A stretch of 64,000 nucleotides of DNA from contig CATNEN010000025.1 of the NCBI GenBank assembly GCA_950097015.1, positions 2,046,001 through 2,110,000 on the forward strand, in the 5' to 3' direction. Each line of letters starts with the position of its first letter. Positions within the stretch are counted from its first letter, which is position 1. Position numbers and translations under genes: made by a program. The stretch comes from Macrostomum hystrix. Its lineage: Eukaryota; Animalia; Platyhelminthes. The notes under the pieces were generated by a model that worked only from the letters and a program-made list of their open reading frames with translations, had not been told where the DNA came from and did no database searches. Positions 58,101 through 64,000 of this stretch are shown here, piece by piece.

Positions 58101-61100
58101 GTCGTCTTTGGCGTCGTCTACCACAGCCAGCGGCGGCAGCGCTGTCATGCAGGTGATACGGCGCGCCCGTGAGCAGGAGCGGGACGCCGAGTTCAGCAGA
58201 GCCAAGCGAGCGTCGCGATCTCTCGGCCCGAAGGAGCGGCGCAGGCAGAAAACAAAATCTGCCGAGTTAGCAGACGAGAGGTACAAAGGCGTCGATCTGG
58301 AACAGCCGAAGTCCACTCAGATGGAGTTGCAGCAGCAGCAGCAGCAGCGTGTGTATCAGCAGCAACTGCAGCAACAGCAGCTGCTTCAACCTCGACAGCC
58401 GAGAAAGAAATTCGCCAGCTCAAGCGACCTGCTGGATTCTGGCGCAGGCGAAACTGAGAATGATGAAAACTTCGGCTCTGGTGACACCAGCGAGGACTTC
58501 CTAATTGGTGCTGGAGAAACGGCGGCCTATGCGCCGGTGGTTTATCCCCAGTCGGCCTCAGCCATCATGCAGCTGCAACAGCAGCAGCAGCATCAGCGCA
58601 CCCGCAGTCTGGACCTCCTCGGTCCGGAGCTACCAGGCGGCGTCGTTGGACATGGCGGGCCGGGCAGCGTGGCGTCTAGCATGATGACAATGAATTTTGG
58701 CGGCAAGGACCCTGCAGAGCTGGCCCTCATACTCGAGCGCTATCTAGCCCAGAAGCGCGACGAAAAGATCAACGTGATGATGATGGCTCTGCGCGGCCAG
58801 GATCCGGCCAAGTACGCCGCCCTGATGTCGAACTACAAAGATGAAATCGGCATGCTGGAGTCTGGGCCGCCCGGCCGCATGCGAGCCACCTCTCACGAGG
58901 ATCTGCTCGGCGGCGGGGGCAGCGGCGACATCGCCGGCCAGATTCCGCGAGTGTACGCCAGTCAGCTGCGCGCCGCCGGCTCCACAGCCACCCTGTTGAA
59001 CAATCTGGACCCCGGCGTCACCAATGTCTACCTCGGTCCAGAAGGCACTCTACGCGACGGTACAGCCGGCTTCGCCACCTTACAACGGCCGCTGGAGCCG
59101 GGACGCTCCGTGTTCTGGAATCCCGGCGTGCTGGAGACGCCGCCGCCGGCGATGCGACCACCGCCGAAGCCGATGCCACCCGGCCTCTCCAAGACGGTTC
59201 CGCCTGACGGTTGGAAATCCATAGACGATCACGTCATGGAAATTTTAGACGTCGATTGTAACACATTCGCCGAGCAGGTCAACAGCCTGTGCGGTCGCTA
59301 CCAGTCAGACGTGGAAAAGTGCCGGGCGCTATTTCGATTCCTCACTGCGCGCAGCAATCAGCCGCTGTCCTATGATCCTCAGGCGCCCGTCACCACTCTC
59401 ATTGGCTGCCTAAGAGTCGTACAGATGGGCGAAGTGTCGCCTCACGAGCTATTCAAACGCATGTGCGCCTACGCCGGTATTCAGTGCGAAATTTTGCACG
59501 GCTATTCTAAGGGCGCCGGCTACCGCCCCGGCATGAATGTGAAAGATAATCGCATGTTTCGCAATACCTGGACGGCCGTTTACGTCGAAGGTAGGTCCTC
59601 TCTATCTATCTATTTGCAGGGGGGCCCGTGGCACTTTTCGCACAAGCGACGGAGCGGCACGCCCCCAGACCGGCGAACTAGGCGCTTTTGCGCCCATCGC
59701 GCCGCCTCCCCTGAGCAGGCACCACACACAGCAGCACAGACCAGCCGGGGAGGGCAGGAGGCAACCAGAATAGGCAGCAGTGCCCCCCACCCCAGCCCCA
59801 CACGCACATAGCAGACCAAGCCGGGGCGGCGGAAGGCTGATAAGAAATCAGTTCTCAGGGGGGGTGGGTGATGGGTGTATACTTATCCAATCGCGCTGAC
59901 GGAAGTCCAGAAAGCGCGCGGCGGTGTACACCCACGCTCCAGCCACCCGCCGCAAGGTCTCACGCCCCAGCGCCAACGCACACAACTCACACAACGCAGA
60001 ACAGGCACACAGAAGGTAGGAGCGAAGCTATTATTTCAAGCTTTGATTGCACGAAATATGGTGCACCTCCGCCGGTCGCTACTGTCCAAACCCCCCAACA
60101 AGTCCCGAAATTAATTGTGACTTGAGGGGTGAATCGAACTAGCGTCCTTTGGAGTGCGAGGCAGCGACGTCAGTCGCTGACCCACTCGCCCCTTAAAGAT
60201 GTCGCATGTTTCGCAACACCTGGACGGCCGTTTACGTCGAATGTAGGTCCATGATAATGACAAAATAGTCGTAAAAGTGCACTTACAGCTGCTATCTATG
60301 TTCCCCACATGCGTCAGAATCTAATAATCTCAGTAGCACCAGAAGAACATTGATAATGCTATGCTCCCTAAAATATTCCTCCGTCGTCCAAAGGCTGCTG
60401 GCGTTTCGTCAACGTAGCCTGGGGCGGTCGTCGGCTTCGTCAGCGAGGCGGCGAGACCACGCTGCGACTCGGCTGTGACGATTTCTACTTCCTAACTGAG
60501 CCAGATGAGCACATCTATGAGCACTATCCTGACGACAAACGTTGGCAGCTGCTTCGTTCGCCCATTCCGTTGAGCCACTTCATGAAGCTGCCATTACTGA
60601 AGTCGCCATTCTTCAACGCCGGCATGCGGCTAAAGAAGGGCAAATACGACGACACGCTGGTGACGCAGAATGGTCGGGTCAGCTTGAAGATTGGCGTTAC
60701 CAAATTTGTTGGCGTCTCCTGCCAGCTGCAGAATCGGTCCGACATGTCGGCGATGCGTGGTAAAACGCTGGTGCGGCTGATTGGCGAGGTCCTGCACGTG
60801 CTGGCCGCGCCTGCCCAGCCGGGCACGTATTTTCTCAACATCTTCGTAGCGGCTGAATGGACGTCTAATGAGCACGAGCTGGCGGCCAGCTTCCAGGTGA
60901 GCTTTCTATGAATATTTTCCGTTTTTCTTAGAATTAATAGAATCCCTTCGAGTTTTCTTAGAATCTCTAGATTTTTTTAGAATTAATAGAATCCCTTCGA
61001 GTTTTCTTAGAATCTCTAGATTTTTTTAGAATTAATAGAATCTCTAGATTTTTTTTAGAATTAATAGAATCCCTTCGAGTTTTCTTAGAATCTCTAGATT

Positions 61101-62557
61101 TTTCTTAGAATTAATAGAATCTCTTCGAGTTTTCTTAGAATCTCTAGATTTTTCTTAGAATCCTTTCAGGTTTGAGTAGAATCCCTCGAGCTTTCTAAAA
61201 ATCTATTTAGATTTTTTTCCTTAAATACCTCAGGATTTCTTAGAATCCATCAGTTTTCTTAGAATCTCACGTTTTTTTTAGAATCTCTCGTTTTTTCTTA
61301 GAATCCCTCTCGTTTTCTTAAAATCTCACGAGTTTTCAGAGAATCCCTGCATTATCATTAGAATCCCTCGAGTATTGTTAGATAATTTCCAATGCTGTTA
61401 GAATACATGTTTTGTAGAATCCGTTTAGGAGTCTTTCTTGGCCTTTTTAACTTAGATTTTTTAAGAATATTTCCAGCTTTCCACGAATTACTTCTGCATC
61501 CTCAGAATCATTTGAGTTTTCTTTTACAGAAAACTTGTGTGTTCTTAGAAACGTATCAGTCATTTTCTACGTTTTCGTGCTTTTAATGATTTCTAAGAAA
61601 CTGCTTATGTGAGTTTACTCAAATTTGTTCGTTTTATTAGCAACGCTGTATACTGTATTTCTTAGAAAATAGAGTTTAACAAGGACAGTTGTACAACCGC
61701 GTGTCCATGTGCGTGCTTCATTCACCAAGCGCTGGAACTGATCTGATTCATGTTTTTAGGTGAAATGCGCCGAGAATAACTTCGATCGTCTGGCACTCGG
61801 CCGCTATCCAGAGGTCGGCTTCCTCGGCGCCACCCCGGCCGCGCAGAAGTACGGCGTCAGCTTCCAAACTGCGCACGGCTCCAAGACGCCGCTAGATCCG
61901 TACTATGTGCACAACGCCAAGGAGGTCATTCGCCTGCCGCTGGTGTTTGCCCCTGGCCTGAAGATTGCGCACCAGATGAAGTGCTACCAGCGGACTGGCA
62001 AGACTACGGAACAGTGCGACGCTTATGCACTGCTTCAGTGCCGCGGCAAGCAGCAGTCCGAGTACTGGATCGCCTGCCCTGCCGATGGCTACTATTTCTT
62101 CACCGTCTACGCCGGCGAAGCTGCTGCCTCTTCAACAGCTGACGATGTCGACGAAGCTGCGTCTAGCGGCGGCGAAGATCTTGAATGCGTCTATCGACTG
62201 CTGATCGACTGCAGGCGGGGCCTTGGCAAGGTGCCAGCCTACCCCAACCAGACCAGCCTGTTCAACGGCTGCTTCCTGCACGAGCCGTTGCAGCAGCACC
62301 TGGATGTTGGCAGGAAGTACACCTTCAAGCTGGAGGCCAGGCACTGCCGCTTGGTGGCCGTCGTGCTGAACGGCAAGACCTGGATTGATCTGCAGCAGGG
62401 CAAGGCGGGCGGCGGCGTCTGGTCCAAGAAGTTGAACGTCGGGGAAGAGCTTGGCGAGCTGTCAATCTATGGCCAGTTTGACGCTGACGAGGAGGGCAAG
62501 TTTAATAAACTGCTGGACTATGACATTGTGCAACGCCTGTCCAATGTGCACAAGTAG
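55123..62557 (+). CDS. Hillarin/kyphoscoliosis-peptidase-like protein (transglutaminase-like core) with a long low-complexity N-terminus
   Basis: Exons ~55081/55123-59590, 60394-60896 and 61760-62557 splice in phase. Core motifs: ELFKRMCAYAGIQC, GYSKGAGYRPG, FRNTWTAVYVEGCWRFVNVAWG, DDFYFLTEPDEHIYEHYP, WQLL. The true 5' end is unresolved (see findings). Confidence 0.85.
59599..60194 (-). mobile_element. tRNA-headed SINE-like insertion with a ~57-bp target-site duplication
   Basis: On the minus strand the head GGGGCGAGTGGGTCAGCGACTGACG...GTTCGATTC is tRNA-like and the tail is (ATAG)n. It is flanked by direct repeats at 59542-59598 and 60195-60250. Confidence 0.7.
60925..61400. repeat. Degenerate AT-rich repeat in the last Hillarin-like intron
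   Basis: Recurrent ttagaatctctagattttt and ttagaattaatagaatcccttcgagtttt. Confidence 0.75.
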
Positions 62558-64000
62558 GTTTTGAGCACTGTTTCTGTTACTTTATATAAAAATACATTCC
62601 TTTTGTTATATTACTCAACAATCGCTGTGATTATCTCATAACATTCCAATTCATTTTTTTATTCTATTGTCTATCATAGCTTAGCCTGTGACTTATTCTG
62701 CTTTGTACATGAGAACTGGCATTTATATTATCGTTTTTATGCCATATCAAATGCGTGGACCATTTCTTAAATCTGTTTTCTTTTTTAGCGAACATTTTAA
62801 CAACATTTCTATCCTACGCACTAAACTAAAAACAAGTATTTGTCAGTAACTACGAGTTTATGAGACTTACTATATTATAGCTCAATGTGGATGACAAAAA
62901 AAGAAAATTCTAGGTTTGAGATCAACTACTATTGAGTTGACTCATTCGTTGGGCCGTCCTACTCACAGGCACTCGTACCCGAGAGGCAAGACAGTTCTTC
63001 ATTCTTTAACTCTCTATTCTTTTTATCTGCATAAACAGTTGAAGCAGGGAGGGGGGAGAGAATGAGTAGATAGAAGACTTGTCACAGGATAGCAGGAGGG
63101 TGTGTGGAGTTGTGGCTGTACGAGTGGGTCAAGCTGATGAGTAAAGCTCACGATAGTAAAGCTACTCACCACACCAATTACTGTGCTATAGTTCAGCAGT
63201 ATGATTCACTATCTTGAGCCCTGCCTGTTCGTAGCCTTCAATTTATGTGTTCGTGAGTTGTTAATGCAAATCTGTATATGCTTTTCTACGGCAAAATTTT
63301 AACCGTTTTATCTTTTCGGCTGTGGTGATTTTTTCGATTCCGTTTTTCTTCTAGATTTTCATTGTTCAATTTTGTGGTAAAGCTTTTTTTAAACTTATAC
63401 GCGTCGTTAGCAATCAGTCGGATAGATAAATTTGTAACTTGTGTTAATAGTCTTGCAGCTTATTTCCAGACAATAATATTTCAAGTAGTAAATTAAATTA
63501 TCATCGCTTATGTTTTCTGTTCTTACTTCTGTTACAACATTTAATACTCTTATCGTCTTGTACAGACGCTGAAGTGATTTTGATTTGATGTGTTTTCGCT
63601 CTGTCAGCAACTTGTTTTAGCTATAATACGCTCGTAAATATGTCACCTTGGAAATATTACTTGTGTATGTACTGAAGTATAAAGTTCTTAATCAGTTTTA
63701 TATTTATAAACTCAGTGATAATTAATAGCTCTTGATTAAATTGGCTGTGCTACTTAAGAAAATTGTGATTTTCTTACTGATACTTAATGATTCGTCATAA
63801 ATCTGTCATAATTATATCAATAAATTACTGGAATTGTGTGTTAAATTCGGTTTACACTTTTCTATATTTATCGAAGTTAATCATAAAAAGAAAAGCTGTC
63901 ATTTTTTGTGAATTTCTAAAAGCAAGTTTTTAGGATCGATGACAAAGTGACTATTTACTAATGAGTCTGTGATGGACTAGTACGCAATATTTTAATAAGC

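Noticed and set aside
59591-59811. C-terminal 73 aa of the 1562-aa ORF
   Set aside because: Read-through past the splice donor at 59591 into the SINE-like insert. The real protein continues at 60394.
63120-63180. CTGATGAG followed by small hairpins, resembling a hammerhead ribozyme core
   Set aside because: It has GATA instead of the invariant GAAA, and stem I cannot pair (gggtcaag versus accacacc).

Overview
Eukaryotic (animal) genomic DNA: GC-rich spliced exons (GT-AG introns) in AT-rich, minisatellite-packed introns and spacers. The style resembles the flatworm Macrostomum, which is an inference and was not verified. Left half: four co-oriented genes (intronless 2OG-Fe(II) dioxygenase, 12-13-exon ELYS/AHCTF1, RPB9, DPM3), then a 9-exon DUR3-type urea transporter on the minus strand. 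Centre (37-46 kb): a cluster of small secreted Cys-rich proteins. It has an orphan prepro-protein, four near-identical genes at an exact 1859-bp period, and an inverted paralog. The array product is a signal peptide, a very acidic segment and a domain whose Cys spacing matches beta-microseminoprotein (PSP94/MSMB) but lacks two of its ten cysteines. The paralog lacks the acidic segment. Right part: tRNA-Cys(GCA), a small single-TM ORF and a Hillarin/KY-like transglutaminase-fold gene with a very long disordered N-terminus. Mobile DNA: a solo LTR with a 4-bp TSD, two multi-copy tRNA-derived SINE families (one CORE-like), and a SINE-like insert with a ~57-bp target-site duplication that copied a splice donor. 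All homology calls are by eye from remembered motifs; no database searches were run.
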